Below are positions 37,967 through 47,386 of a stretch of 64,000 bases of DNA, one piece after another; positions within the stretch are counted from its first letter, which is position 1, and each line of letters begins with the position of its first letter. The stretch is taken from assembly GCA_030017555.1 (NCBI GenBank), contig JASEIC010000001.1, forward strand, positions 2,571 to 66,570, in the 5' to 3' direction. The stretch is from Patescibacteria group bacterium. GTDB lineage: Bacteria; Patescibacteriota; Minisyncoccia; UBA6257; GWB1-50-10. A program made the translations under genes and the position numbers. The notes under the pieces were generated by a model that was not told where the DNA came from, searched no databases, and saw only the letters and a list, made by a program, of their open reading frames with translations.

Positions 37967-40021
37967 GTGAAAACTCCTAATAAAAAATACGATTATGTAT
38001 TTATAGTGCCGGTTTTTAATGAGGCGTTCATTATTGATCGGTCTTTGAAACTGCTTCTTTCTTTTTTGGAAACCGAATGGATTCACAAAAACAGTGATTG
38101 GAAAATTATTGTGGCTGACAATGCTTCAGCCGATGATTCACGTCAAATTTTGGAAAAACTAAAAAAAGAAAACGAATCTCACGTTGATTACTTATTCGTA
38201 CCCATCAAAGGGCGTGGCAATGCCTTAAAAGAAGTTATAAAAACTTTTGATTCTCAATATTATCTTTATCTCGACGCCGACATACCAATCAATCTCAAGG
38301 AATTGCCCTCAATGTTCGGACCTCTTGAAAACAAAAGGGCTAATCTTACTGTTGGTAGTCGCCGCGGTAAAAGACCTTGGCAAAGAAAAATACTTACTTA
38401 CGGTCTAAAATTTATTGATTGGCTAATTTTTGATTTGAAAATTTCAGATTCTCAATGCGGTATCAAAGCCTTTGATCAAAAAACCGCTTCTTTATTATTA
38501 GAAAAATGCGAAGAAATTGGCTATTTTTTAGATACCGAACTTTTGATTCAAGCCCAAAACAATAATCTCAAAACCCAAGAAGTACCAATTAACTGGATTG
38601 AACAGCGTTACCCGGAAAGAAAAAGCAAAGTTAATTTAATATCCGACGCAATAAAAGCTTTAAATACTATTAAAAAATTAATTCTAAGAACTTGCCCAAA
38701 AATAATATCAAGCACAATCAGTATTGTTACAATCGGTATATTATTATTTGTTATTTTTATCTTTAACAAAATCTACCTTACACTTCCAAATTTTCTAGTT
38801 GCGCATCAATTCCAAGAATCTGCAAAAAAAGTGGTAATTTTTGCTTTTATTTTTTTTATATTTTCAATATTTATCTGGCATGTAACAAAGAAAATAAAAA
38901 ATCTCCCACAAAAATTTGCAACTTTTTTAATCGCTACTGTTTTTATTGCCATCTCCTTAATTGCTATTTTTACCAAACCAACCAGATCACAAGATATTTA
39001 CTGGAACTTACTTTTAACCAAAGGGTTTACTGAACAAGGTCTTAATCCTTACAAAACAACTCCAGAAATATTAAAAAACGATCCGTGGTCGCCGCCAGTT
39101 AAAGATTGGCGCAATCTTTCAATGACCCATGGACCTCTTTGGATTATATTTCTAAGCATTTTCACAACCTTAAAATTATCATTAAATACTTCTCTTATTT
39201 TTATAAAATTAATTTATTTTTTAATTTTGCTTTTTTCCGGTTTTTTAATTTTTAGATTAATGAATGAATTTAATTTTGATGCTGTGAAAAAAAATCAATT
39301 ACTTCTGGTTTTGGCTTGGAATCCAATTTTATTCCAAACAGCTTTAATTGATTTACATAATGATGTTTTTATTCTTTTTTCTATATTAATAAGTTTTTTC
39401 TTTTTTACCAGAAAAAAATACGAACTCAGCACATTGTCTTTGATAATCGGGGGGTTTATAAAATACGCCCCATGGCTTTTAATTCCCTTACCCCTTTTTT
39501 ATTTATTAAAAGGGGGTAACGTTAAAAAAAATATAATCAAAATTATCTTAGGAATCGGAGTTTTTTTGCTTCTAGCTTTCATATTTTATTTACCTTTTGG
39601 TTTTTCCGAGAAAAATTTTGTTGGTTTATCAGTCGAACTCTCTGAACGTAGCAACTATTTTTTTTCGCTTCCAAGTACAATAATTTTTCTGTTATTTCTA
39701 AACCCTTTACAAATAAAATTTTTAGGAATTATCCTGGGATTTTTTGCAATTTATTATTGTATTCAAAAAAATAAACCGTTTTTAGGCTACTTACTTCCTT
39801 TTTTATTAATTTTTCTTTTTGCCACGCCTTGGTTTCAACCATGGTACGTTTTATGGATTCTACCTCTTCTTGCTCTTTCCTGGTCAGTTGAAGCAATTCT
39901 ACTTTTTTCAACTATCCTTATTTTAATGCACGAAGCCATGCCATCTCTCATAATTTCTTTGTTAATCGGCCCTGCTATATTAATAATCTATCTAATAAAA
40001 AAATCGGGATTTTTAAAATAA
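37967..40021 (+). CDS. GT2 / GT-C fusion glycosyltransferase
   Basis: N-terminal PVFNE, DNAS.D, DAD, DSQCGIK; C-terminal multi-TM with SQDIY, HGPLW, AWNP, HND, PWY (MptA/B-like). Confidence 0.8.
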   Translation: MKTPNKKYDYVFIVPVFNEAFIIDRSLKLLLSFLETEWIHKNSDWKIIVADNASADDSRQILEKLKKENESHVDYLFVPIKGRGNALKEVIKTFDSQYYLYLDADIPINLKELPSMFGPLENKRANLTVGSRRGKRPWQRKILTYGLKFIDWLIFDLKISDSQCGIKAFDQKTASLLLEKCEEIGYFLDTELLIQAQNNNLKTQEVPINWIEQRYPERKSKVNLISDAIKALNTIKKLILRTCPKIISSTISIVTIGILLFVIFIFNKIYLTLPNFLVAHQFQESAKKVVIFAFIFFIFSIFIWHVTKKIKNLPQKFATFLIATVFIAISLIAIFTKPTRSQDIYWNLLLTKGFTEQGLNPYKTTPEILKNDPWSPPVKDWRNLSMTHGPLWIIFLSIFTTLKLSLNTSLIFIKLIYFLILLFSGFLIFRLMNEFNFDAVKKNQLLLVLAWNPILFQTALIDLHNDVFILFSILISFFFFTRKKYELSTLSLIIGGFIKYAPWLLIPLPLFYLLKGGNVKKNIIKIILGIGVFLLLAFIFYLPFGFSEKNFVGLSVELSERSNYFFSLPSTIIFLLFLNPLQIKFLGIILGFFAIYYCIQKNKPFLGYLLPFLLIFLFATPWFQPWYVLWILPLLALSWSVEAILLFSTILILMHEAMPSLIISLLIGPAILIIYLIKKSGFLK

Positions 40022-40075
40022 AACTCTTTTAGTAGATTTTTATTTGTTTGCGAGTTAGGATAATCTCGTATAACT

Positions 40076-40160
40076 GGGCAGGTGATGAAACTGGCAGACA
40101 TGCAAGGTTTAGGACCTTGTGCCGCAAGGCTTGAGGGTTCAAATCCCTCCCTGCCCACCA
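40076..40160 (+). tRNA. tRNA-Leu(TAG)
   Basis: GGGCAGG..CAAGG-TTTAGGA-CCTTG, long variable arm, GGTTCAAATCC, CCTGCCCACCA. Confidence 0.93.
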
Positions 40161-40194
40161 AAACAGAACTGATTGGCTTTTTGAGAGTCAGATC

Positions 40195-40219
40195 GTGGGC
40201 GGCCGCAACGGCCGCCCAC
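40195..40219. repeat. GC-rich hairpin after tRNA-Leu
   Basis: gtgggcggccg-caa-cggccgcccac. Confidence 0.7.
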
Positions 40220-40223
40220 TGAT

Positions 40224-40294
40224 TTTGCGCACGACCAATTTCTTCTAAGAAGGAAAATAAAGTTTTTCTGCTCGGCTCCGCGCGAGTACGCGCG
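40224..40294. repeat. Left arm of a perfect 71-bp inverted repeat
   Basis: Reverse complement of 42922-42992. Confidence 0.9.
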
Positions 40295-40364
40295 GGCTAA
40301 AAATAAAAATGGATGATAGTATTAAAATGTGGTATATTTGTACTATCGTATTTAACACAATCCC

Positions 40365-42755
40365 ATGCCTAAATCTATCAAGCACAATATACTTCCAGTT
40401 GTAGTTTTTATCACCGGAGCGTGCGTTTTGATTGTGGAAATAGTCGCAACTCGTGTGCTTTCTCCGTTTTATGGAAACACGATTTTTACAGTTTCCAGCG
40501 TAATTAGTGTCATCCTTGCAGCTTTGAGTGTTGGGTATTATGCAGGAGGTCGGCTTGCTGATCGTCACCCTTCTTTACGTTGGTTTTTCAGCATAATTCT
40601 TTTGAGCGGTCTTGCTTTACTCTTGTTTCATTTTATAGGCGCAATCGCTCTGCCGATTTTGGGGTATACGCTCTCAATTTCGGCTGGGCCGTTGATTTCT
40701 TCTTTACTTCTATTTTTCATCCCAGCATTTCTACTTGGCACATTATCTCCATACGCCGTTAAACTTCAAAGCGTAAATTTTCCTGAGCAAGGCATTGGAA
40801 GTGTTGCGGGAAAAATTTTCTTTTGGTCTACACTTGGAAGTATCGTCGGAAGTTTATTAGCCGGCTTTATACTCATTCCGTATTTCGGAGTAAATCAGAT
40901 TATCATTGCAAACGGAGTTGTATTATTTTTTCTCGGTTTGATACCGCTCTCAATATTAGGTGAGAAAAAATATCTAGGTAAATCTTTGTTGGCATTGATA
41001 ATTCTCGTTAGTATCTCGCTATATATTTTCCACACAACAAGAGAAAATGTTTTATATAGCAAAGACGGAATATACGAAAAAATCACTATTTATGATGGTC
41101 AGTTTGCCGGACGGCCAACAAGATTTTTCGAGCAAGATCGTAGCAGATCGGGCGCTATGTTTTTAGATTCCAATGACCCAAAAGATTTAGTGTATGACTA
41201 TACAAAATATTATTCACTCTACAAAGTATTCAATCCGGAAGTTAAAAATGCCCTCGTAATAGGCGGCGGCATGTATTCGATCCCAAAAGCATTGCTCGCA
41301 GATTTACCGAACGCAACTATTGATGTTTCAGAAATAGAGCCTTTATTATACGACCTCGCAAAAAAATACTTCGGCGTAAATGACAATCCGCGACTCCACA
41401 ATTACATCAATGACGGCCGCCGCCTACTTCACGATTCAAGCAAAAATTATGACCTGATATTTAGCGATGTGTGCTATTCGCTTTCAATACCAGCACACTT
41501 CACGACTGAAGATTTTTTTGAAATTGCTAAAGAGAAACTAAATAAAGATGGAATTTTCGTTACGAACATAATAGGCGATTTGTCACGCCAGCAACCCTCG
41601 CTAATCATGTCGGAAATCAAAACTTTTCAAGCTGTTTTTCCAAATAGTTATTTTTTTGCGGTTGAATCACCAAAAAAAACTCAATCGCAAAATATCATTT
41701 TTGTTGGGTACAATAGCGATAAACATATTGATCTGAACGCACCGTCAATCATTGCTAATTCCGACCCGATTATCCGTTCTCTACAAAATAAAGTTATAGA
41801 TACGAATAGATTTGATTTATCGCCCTATCCGATAATGACGGACAATTACTCGCCAGTAGAATATTTGACGGGCCAAGTGTTGCAAAGAACTTTCAATCAG
41901 AAGGATTTTTTTGATGGAAAAGAAATGTTAGCAATTATTGATCAACAATTACGCTATGGCCCGCGTTATCCAACCGCAACTGGGCATAAGCAAGTACAAG
42001 ATTTTCTCGTTGCGGAAATGAAGGAGCTAACGCAAGAAGTAAAGACGCAAACATGGCAACACACCGAATCAAACGGGAAATCGTATGAATTGACAAACAT
42101 TATTGCTCGACTATATCCAACACAGACAAAGCGCATAATACTTGCAACACACTATGACAGTCAAAAAAATTCTTTCAAAAATTCCTCCAATCAAGATCAA
42201 CCATCGCCAGGTGCCAACAATTCAGCTTCAGGCGTTGCGATATTAGTCGAGCTGGCTCGTCTTTTGGGTAATTCTCATGTGTTGCCGAGCGTTGGTGTTG
42301 ATATTGTATTTTTTGACGGCAAGGAAGGAGAGGAAAATCAAAGTGGAGATTTTACGAACTGGAAACCGCTCGGCTCCGCTTATTTTGCACAACATCTGAA
42401 CGAAATTTATGGGAATAATAAACCAGTGTCCGGTGTTGTGTTAGATATGGTCTGTGATAAGGATTTGAAAATTTCTAAAGAGGCTTCGTCTGTGAAAAAC
42501 GCTCCAACTCAAACAGAAGCATTTTGGAATATCGCGCGAAAAATCAACAGCAATGTATTTCAGAATAAGGTTGGGCAAGAAATTCGAGACGATCATACTT
42601 CACTCAACCAAGCTGGCATACCGAGCTTTCTTGTGATTGATTACGATTATCCTCAATACGCGACCACGAACGATACTATAGATAAATGCAGTTCTGAAAG
42701 TTTACAAACGGTTGCCGAGGCAGTTTGGAATTATGTCTACTACGGAGTTCAATAA
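40365..42755 (+). CDS. Fusion of MFS-like membrane domain, spermidine-synthase-like SAM domain and M28 peptidase/glutaminyl-cyclase-like domain
   Basis: EIVATRVLSPFYG..STLGSIVG; LVIGGG..EIEP..DGR..YDLIFSD..TDNYSP; HYDS..PGANNSASG..LDMV..DDH. Confidence 0.8.
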   Translation: MPKSIKHNILPVVVFITGACVLIVEIVATRVLSPFYGNTIFTVSSVISVILAALSVGYYAGGRLADRHPSLRWFFSIILLSGLALLLFHFIGAIALPILGYTLSISAGPLISSLLLFFIPAFLLGTLSPYAVKLQSVNFPEQGIGSVAGKIFFWSTLGSIVGSLLAGFILIPYFGVNQIIIANGVVLFFLGLIPLSILGEKKYLGKSLLALIILVSISLYIFHTTRENVLYSKDGIYEKITIYDGQFAGRPTRFFEQDRSRSGAMFLDSNDPKDLVYDYTKYYSLYKVFNPEVKNALVIGGGMYSIPKALLADLPNATIDVSEIEPLLYDLAKKYFGVNDNPRLHNYINDGRRLLHDSSKNYDLIFSDVCYSLSIPAHFTTEDFFEIAKEKLNKDGIFVTNIIGDLSRQQPSLIMSEIKTFQAVFPNSYFFAVESPKKTQSQNIIFVGYNSDKHIDLNAPSIIANSDPIIRSLQNKVIDTNRFDLSPYPIMTDNYSPVEYLTGQVLQRTFNQKDFFDGKEMLAIIDQQLRYGPRYPTATGHKQVQDFLVAEMKELTQEVKTQTWQHTESNGKSYELTNIIARLYPTQTKRIILATHYDSQKNSFKNSSNQDQPSPGANNSASGVAILVELARLLGNSHVLPSVGVDIVFFDGKEGEENQSGDFTNWKPLGSAYFAQHLNEIYGNNKPVSGVVLDMVCDKDLKISKEASSVKNAPTQTEAFWNIARKINSNVFQNKVGQEIRDDHTSLNQAGIPSFLVIDYDYPQYATTNDTIDKCSSESLQTVAEAVWNYVYYGVQ

Positions 42756-42759
42756 AAAG

Positions 42760-42992
42760 TAGCCCGCGCCCGCCGAAAATCCGCCGCGCATTCCTCCCGC
42801 ACCCTCCTGCGCGGCGGATACAAAATCTCGCAGTTTTGAAAAAAGAGCCGAGGCAAAGCAAATCCTTTTCCTCCCGCAAAAATAGTTTTGCTTTGCCTTG
42901 TCCGCTTTGTGTCCCGCCGCTCGCGCGTACTCGCGCGGAGCCGAGCAGAAAAACTTTATTTTCCTTCTTAGAAGAAATTGGTCGTGCGCAAA
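42760..42992. repeat. GC-rich repeat element containing the right arm of the 71-bp IR
   Basis: 42922-42992 is the inverted copy of 40224-40294; inner end tagcccgcgc (42760) matches the left inner end gcgcgggcta. Confidence 0.85.
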
Positions 42993-43130
42993 TCCGAAAA
43001 GCAAGGAACATTTTTCTTTGAGATTGCCGAGTGAAGCAAGGCGGTGGCGGGACGATTCATTCAGCGATTTTGGAAATAGGTGCGAGCTTGGTACAATAGA
43101 GACACCAAAATTTGAAGGTAACTACAAAAT

Positions 43131-44015
43131 TTATTTTCTTCTTCGGCCATGGAAAGCTTCGTGAACTTCGCGAAGTTCTTTATTGGTAATGTGCGTGTAA
43201 ATCTGAGTCGTTGAGATGTTGGCGTGCCCCAGAAGCTCCTGGACCGAGCGCAAATCCGCGCCGTTTATCAAAAGATCGGTCGCAAAACAATGTCTTAAGA
43301 GATGCGGATGAACTTTTTTAGAAATCCCGGCCTCACGAGACCTTAAATCAACTAATCGCTCAACTGCTCGAGGCGTAATTCGTCCAATAACTTCGTTGCT
43401 CTTTGTTAAACTCACAAAAAGAGCTTCTTCAATATCAGTTCGTTTATTTAAATATTTTTTAATGGTTTGTTTTGCCATATCAGCCAGAAAAACAACACGC
43501 AATTTATCGCCTTTGCCGCGGATAGATATTTCACCACGCTCCAAATCAATATTGCGATTTAACTTGCAAAGTTCAGATAACCGAAGACCCGTAGAAAACA
43601 GGATTTCTAAAATCGCGCGATCCCTCAAGCTCCGAAGATCGTTGCCGCCTGAAGCATTAAGCAAGCGTTCTAATTCTTTATAATCCAAAATTTCGATATC
43701 GCGACGCGAAACTTTTGGCAATTCAATTGTTTCGGGAGATAAAACTTCTATACCGCGTTTAATTAAATATTTTAAAAAATTTCTGATGGCAATGACATAA
43801 TAGCTTTGGGTTATTTTTTTCAGTTCTTGCCTTGAAAGGGAAACGCGAAAACTTCTTATCACTTCGGGCGTAATATCTTTTACTTTTTTAATGTTTGTTC
43901 CTTTTACGAATGCATTTAAATAACGCTCATAATTTTCCCGGGTTTTCAAAGACCGGTTTTTTTCAACTTCCAAATAATCCAGGTAGTCTTTTAAATAATT
44001 TTCTATTTCACTCAT
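43131..44015 (-). CDS. xerC: Xer-type tyrosine recombinase
   Basis: RDRAILEILFSTGLRLSEL, GKGDK.R, HLLRHCFAT, VQELLGH..TTQIYTH (R-K-HxxR-H-Y intact); XerC/XerD assignment uncertain. Confidence 0.85.
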   Translation of the reverse strand: MSEIENYLKDYLDYLEVEKNRSLKTRENYERYLNAFVKGTNIKKVKDITPEVIRSFRVSLSRQELKKITQSYYVIAIRNFLKYLIKRGIEVLSPETIELPKVSRRDIEILDYKELERLLNASGGNDLRSLRDRAILEILFSTGLRLSELCKLNRNIDLERGEISIRGKGDKLRVVFLADMAKQTIKKYLNKRTDIEEALFVSLTKSNEVIGRITPRAVERLVDLRSREAGISKKVHPHLLRHCFATDLLINGADLRSVQELLGHANISTTQIYTHITNKELREVHEAFHGRRRK

Positions 44016-44139
44016 GATATTATTTTAATACCAAAGTGTCGCAAAATAAAGACCATTCCAATAAAAATATCGAAAAACACACAAAGATTTTACGCGGTCT
44101 TTTGACATAAAAAGTATCTTATATTAAGATTAAATTGCT

Positions 44140-44406
44140 ATGCTATCAAAAAGACAAAAAACAGCTGCAATTAAAGATTTTTCAAGGCACGACACTGACA
44201 CTGGTTCAGCTGAAGTCCAAATCGGTCTTTTATCAAAGCAAATAAAAGAATTAGCCGAACATTTGAAAAAACACTCAAAAGATCATCATTCCCGAAGAGG
44301 ACTTTTAATGATGGTCGGAAAACGCCGAAAATTCCTTCAATACTTAAAACGAGAAAACGAAAAACACTACGAGAAACTTGTAAAAAAGTTAGAACTCAAA
44401 GTGTAG
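44140..44406 (+). CDS. rpsO: 30S ribosomal protein S15
   Basis: DTGSAEVQI, HSKDHHSRRGLL.MVGKRR. Confidence 0.97.
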   Translation: MLSKRQKTAAIKDFSRHDTDTGSAEVQIGLLSKQIKELAEHLKKHSKDHHSRRGLLMMVGKRRKFLQYLKRENEKHYEKLVKKLELKV

Positions 44407-44427
44407 AAATTTTAAATTAATAATTAC

Positions 44428-44955
44428 ATGACAAACAATCATCCGGCCCAGCGAGTGGGAATTTTTATTGATGTTCAGAATATTTATCACTCGGCAAAAA
44501 ATCTTTATCATTCGCGCGTAAATTTTAACGAACTCATCAAAGCCCTTGTTGGCAACAGGTCTTTAATTCGATCCGTTGCTTATGTGGTAAAAAGTGAAAC
44601 GGCTTTTGGCGAAGAATCTTTTTTTGACGCCTTAAGAAAAACCGGCTTGGAACTCCGCGTAAAAGACTTGCAAATTTACCCGGGCGGCAGTAAAAAGGCT
44701 GACTGGGATGTCGGACTAGCAGTTGACGCCATCAGAATGGCTAATTCCTTAGACGTAATAATTTTAGTGACCGGTGACGGAGATTTTATTCCTCTTGTTG
44801 ATTATTTACGCTGGGGTATGGGCCGCCAAGTAGAAATTGCGTCGTTTAGCCGGACAGCTTCAAGCAAGCTTCGCGAAACTTCTGATATTTTTTATGAAAT
44901 TGAAAATATCCCAAAAATACTTTTAAAAATCAGAGGGGTTAAATCTAAAAAATAA
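44428..44955 (+). CDS. NYN domain (LabA/DUF88) putative ribonuclease
   Basis: FIDVQN, KADWDVGLAVD, TGDGDFIPL. Confidence 0.9.
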   Translation: MTNNHPAQRVGIFIDVQNIYHSAKNLYHSRVNFNELIKALVGNRSLIRSVAYVVKSETAFGEESFFDALRKTGLELRVKDLQIYPGGSKKADWDVGLAVDAIRMANSLDVIILVTGDGDFIPLVDYLRWGMGRQVEIASFSRTASSKLRETSDIFYEIENIPKILLKIRGVKSKK

Positions 44956-45208
44956 AGGCTTTGTCTCCGACCTTGCGTCGGAGCAATAAAACCTTACCCC
45001 GCCAAGAGTTTTATAAATACAGTAATTAGCAATAAAATGTTTAATAGCAATCAAAACAATTTTAAGTCGAATAAGCGTCCAGTTAAAAACTGGAGCGAGG
45101 TGCTCAATGTTGTAGTAAAATTGATTGCTCCGCAATCATCCCGCATACTGCGGGATGGAAGCGAGGCTTCCACTTCGCGTTGGGCTTGTAAATTTTAATA
45201 ACATTGGC

Positions 45209-47254
45209 ATGAGTTTAAGTAGAAAAATTTTTGAGACAGAATTAAATAACGAAAAAATAAGCTTTGAAATATCAGATCTCGCAAAACAAGCAAATGCCGC
45301 AGTAATTGGCCATTACGGCGACACAGCTGTTTTAGCAGTCGTTGTTATGAGTGACAAAGAAGTTGCCGGCGATTTTTTCCCTTTAACCGTTGATTATGAA
45401 GAACGGTTTTATGCGGCTGGAAAAATTTTGGGCAGCCGTTATGTTCGCCGGGAAGGCAAATCTTCAGACGAAGCAACACTATCCGGACGATTAGTAGATA
45501 GAACTATCCGCCCGCTTTTTGACAGCCGTCTTCGCCGAGAAATCCAAATCACCCTAACTGTGCTTGCTTATGATGAAGTGCATGATCCGGATGAAATCGG
45601 ACTTTTGGCAACTTCCATTGCTTTGAGCATTTCTGACATTCCGTGGAATGGGCCAATAGGCTGTATCCGAGTTAAAAATTTTGACTCGCAAGGCAATTTC
45701 CGTTATCAGGGATTTTTTGCCGGTCCGGAATCAAAAGTAAACATGATTGAGTTTGAAGGCGTTGAAATTGAAGAAAAAGAAGCTGAAACTATTTTCCCTT
45801 TGGTCCAAAAGGAAATCAACCGTTTTGTTTCTTTTCAAAAAGAAATTATAAAACAAATTGGCAAGAAAAAAGCAAACGTAATTATTCCCGAACCAGATCA
45901 AAATCTTCGAGAAAAAATAAAAGATTTTGTTTTAAAACAAATCGAAACAGCAATAAAAAATAAAACTTTAGGAGAATTAAAAAATTTATTATTCGAACAA
46001 TTAAAGCAAAATAACGAACCTCAAGAAAATCTATTTTTTGTCGAAGGAATCTTTGAAGAAGAAATAGACGCTTATGTCCACCGCCAAATTATCGAACATA
46101 ATAATCGTCCTGATGGAAGAAAATTAGATGAAATTAGACCGCTTTATAGCGAAGTTGGACTTTTTAATCGCACTCACGGTTCTGCTCTGTTTATGAGGGG
46201 AGATACCCAAGTTCTTGCTGTAACCACCTTAGGATCTCCATCTGCCGAACAAACATTTGAAACAATGGAAGGATCGGGCAGAAAACGCTTTATGCTCCAC
46301 TATAATTTCCCGAAATTCTCAACCGGAGAAGTTGGACGATCTCGCGGTCCGGGCAGACGAGAAATTGGTCATGGCGCGCTCGCCGCAAAAACAATTGCCA
46401 ATATGCTTCCGCCAAAAGAAGAATTTCCATACACAATCAGAGTGGTAGCGGAAACACTTTCTTCAAATGGTTCGTCTTCAATGGCTTCAACCTGCGCGGC
46501 TACCCTCTCTTTAATGGACGCGGGCGTACCGCTTAAAAAACCGGTAGCGGGCATTGCTATGGGACTTATGTCAAACAAAAAAGGGGAATATAAAATTTTA
46601 ACTGATATTCAAGGACTTGAAGATCATTATGGCGATATGGATTTTAAAGTCGCGGGCACTGACAAGGGCATAACCGCAATTCAAGTAGATGTGAAAATCG
46701 AAGGTATAACAGAATCTATGTTTAAAGACTCTTTAGAAGGAGCGAAAATAGCTCGAACAAAAGTTTTAAAAGTATTAACTGATACATTAAGAGCGCCACG
46801 CAAAGAACTTTCAAAATACGCGCCAAAAATCATAACCGTAAATATTAATCCTAACCGAATCGGTGAAGTGGTTGGCCCTGGCGGCAAAGTTATAAACGGA
46901 ATTATTGCGGCGACGGAAAATAAAATAACTATTGATATTGATCAAACCGGCCAAATATTTATCGCAGGCACAGAAATGCCGCTTGTTGAAAAAGCAAAAG
47001 CTATGATAGAAGCGATCGTAAAAGAATACTCAATCGGAGAAATCGTAGAAGGTAAAATTATAAAAATTCTTGATTTCGGGGCAATTGTCGATTTGGGCGG
47101 CAAGCAAGACGGCATGCTCCACGTTTCAGAACTAAAAGAAGGCTTTGTGAAAAGAGTCGAAGACATTGTTAAACTAGGCGATAAAGTGAAAGTAAAAGTA
47201 ATTCGCGTTGATCCTGATGGCCGTATTGGTTTATCGCTAAAAAACATAAAGTAA
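45209..47254 (+). CDS. pnp: Polyribonucleotide nucleotidyltransferase
   Basis: DFFPLTVDYEE, RREG, DRTIRPLF, RPDGR, HGSALF.RG, SNGSSSMAS, GDMDFKVAG, KH+S1; likely start MSLSRK at 45209. Confidence 0.96.
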   Translation: MSLSRKIFETELNNEKISFEISDLAKQANAAVIGHYGDTAVLAVVVMSDKEVAGDFFPLTVDYEERFYAAGKILGSRYVRREGKSSDEATLSGRLVDRTIRPLFDSRLRREIQITLTVLAYDEVHDPDEIGLLATSIALSISDIPWNGPIGCIRVKNFDSQGNFRYQGFFAGPESKVNMIEFEGVEIEEKEAETIFPLVQKEINRFVSFQKEIIKQIGKKKANVIIPEPDQNLREKIKDFVLKQIETAIKNKTLGELKNLLFEQLKQNNEPQENLFFVEGIFEEEIDAYVHRQIIEHNNRPDGRKLDEIRPLYSEVGLFNRTHGSALFMRGDTQVLAVTTLGSPSAEQTFETMEGSGRKRFMLHYNFPKFSTGEVGRSRGPGRREIGHGALAAKTIANMLPPKEEFPYTIRVVAETLSSNGSSSMASTCAATLSLMDAGVPLKKPVAGIAMGLMSNKKGEYKILTDIQGLEDHYGDMDFKVAGTDKGITAIQVDVKIEGITESMFKDSLEGAKIARTKVLKVLTDTLRAPRKELSKYAPKIITVNINPNRIGEVVGPGGKVINGIIAATENKITIDIDQTGQIFIAGTEMPLVEKAKAMIEAIVKEYSIGEIVEGKIIKILDFGAIVDLGGKQDGMLHVSELKEGFVKRVEDIVKLGDKVKVKVIRVDPDGRIGLSLKNIK

Positions 47255-47341
47255 ATCCCTCGCCTTTCCACAGAACATTAACTCCAAAAAATGACAGGGG
47301 AGTAAAAGATTATGAAAAATTCTAGAAAGGTAAGGAATAAA
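47252..47341. mobile_element. Degenerate TCCCTC-family IR element at the pnp stop codon, TAAA duplicated
   Basis: TAAA[tccctcgcctttcca..tagaaaggtaaggaa]TAAA. Confidence 0.55.
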
Positions 47342-47386
47342 AGTTTATCCACAGCTCTCTTAAATTTTTTGATGTATAATTAAAAT

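Noticed and set aside
40245-40568. 107-aa minus-strand ORF
   Set aside because: Antisense to the cargo gene and runs into the left IR
42676-43164. Four overlapping ORFs of 88-111 aa on both strands
   Set aside because: They lie in the GC-rich repeat element where stops are rare; no recognisable domain, so treated as non-coding
43131-44015. Xer gene as a prophage or integron integrase
   Set aside because: Looks like a standard chromosomal Xer next to rpsO; no IntI-specific insertion recognised, and no phage genes or attC array
45125-45208. N-terminal extension of PNPase in the ORF track
   Set aside because: TTG start runs through leader hairpins; homology begins at ATG 45209. Similar over-extensions were trimmed for recO, ftsH, dksA, comM, the PMT and the M23 gene
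47345-47353. DnaA box TTATCCACA
   Set aside because: Single copy with no cluster and no dnaA/dnaN nearby, so not evidence for oriC
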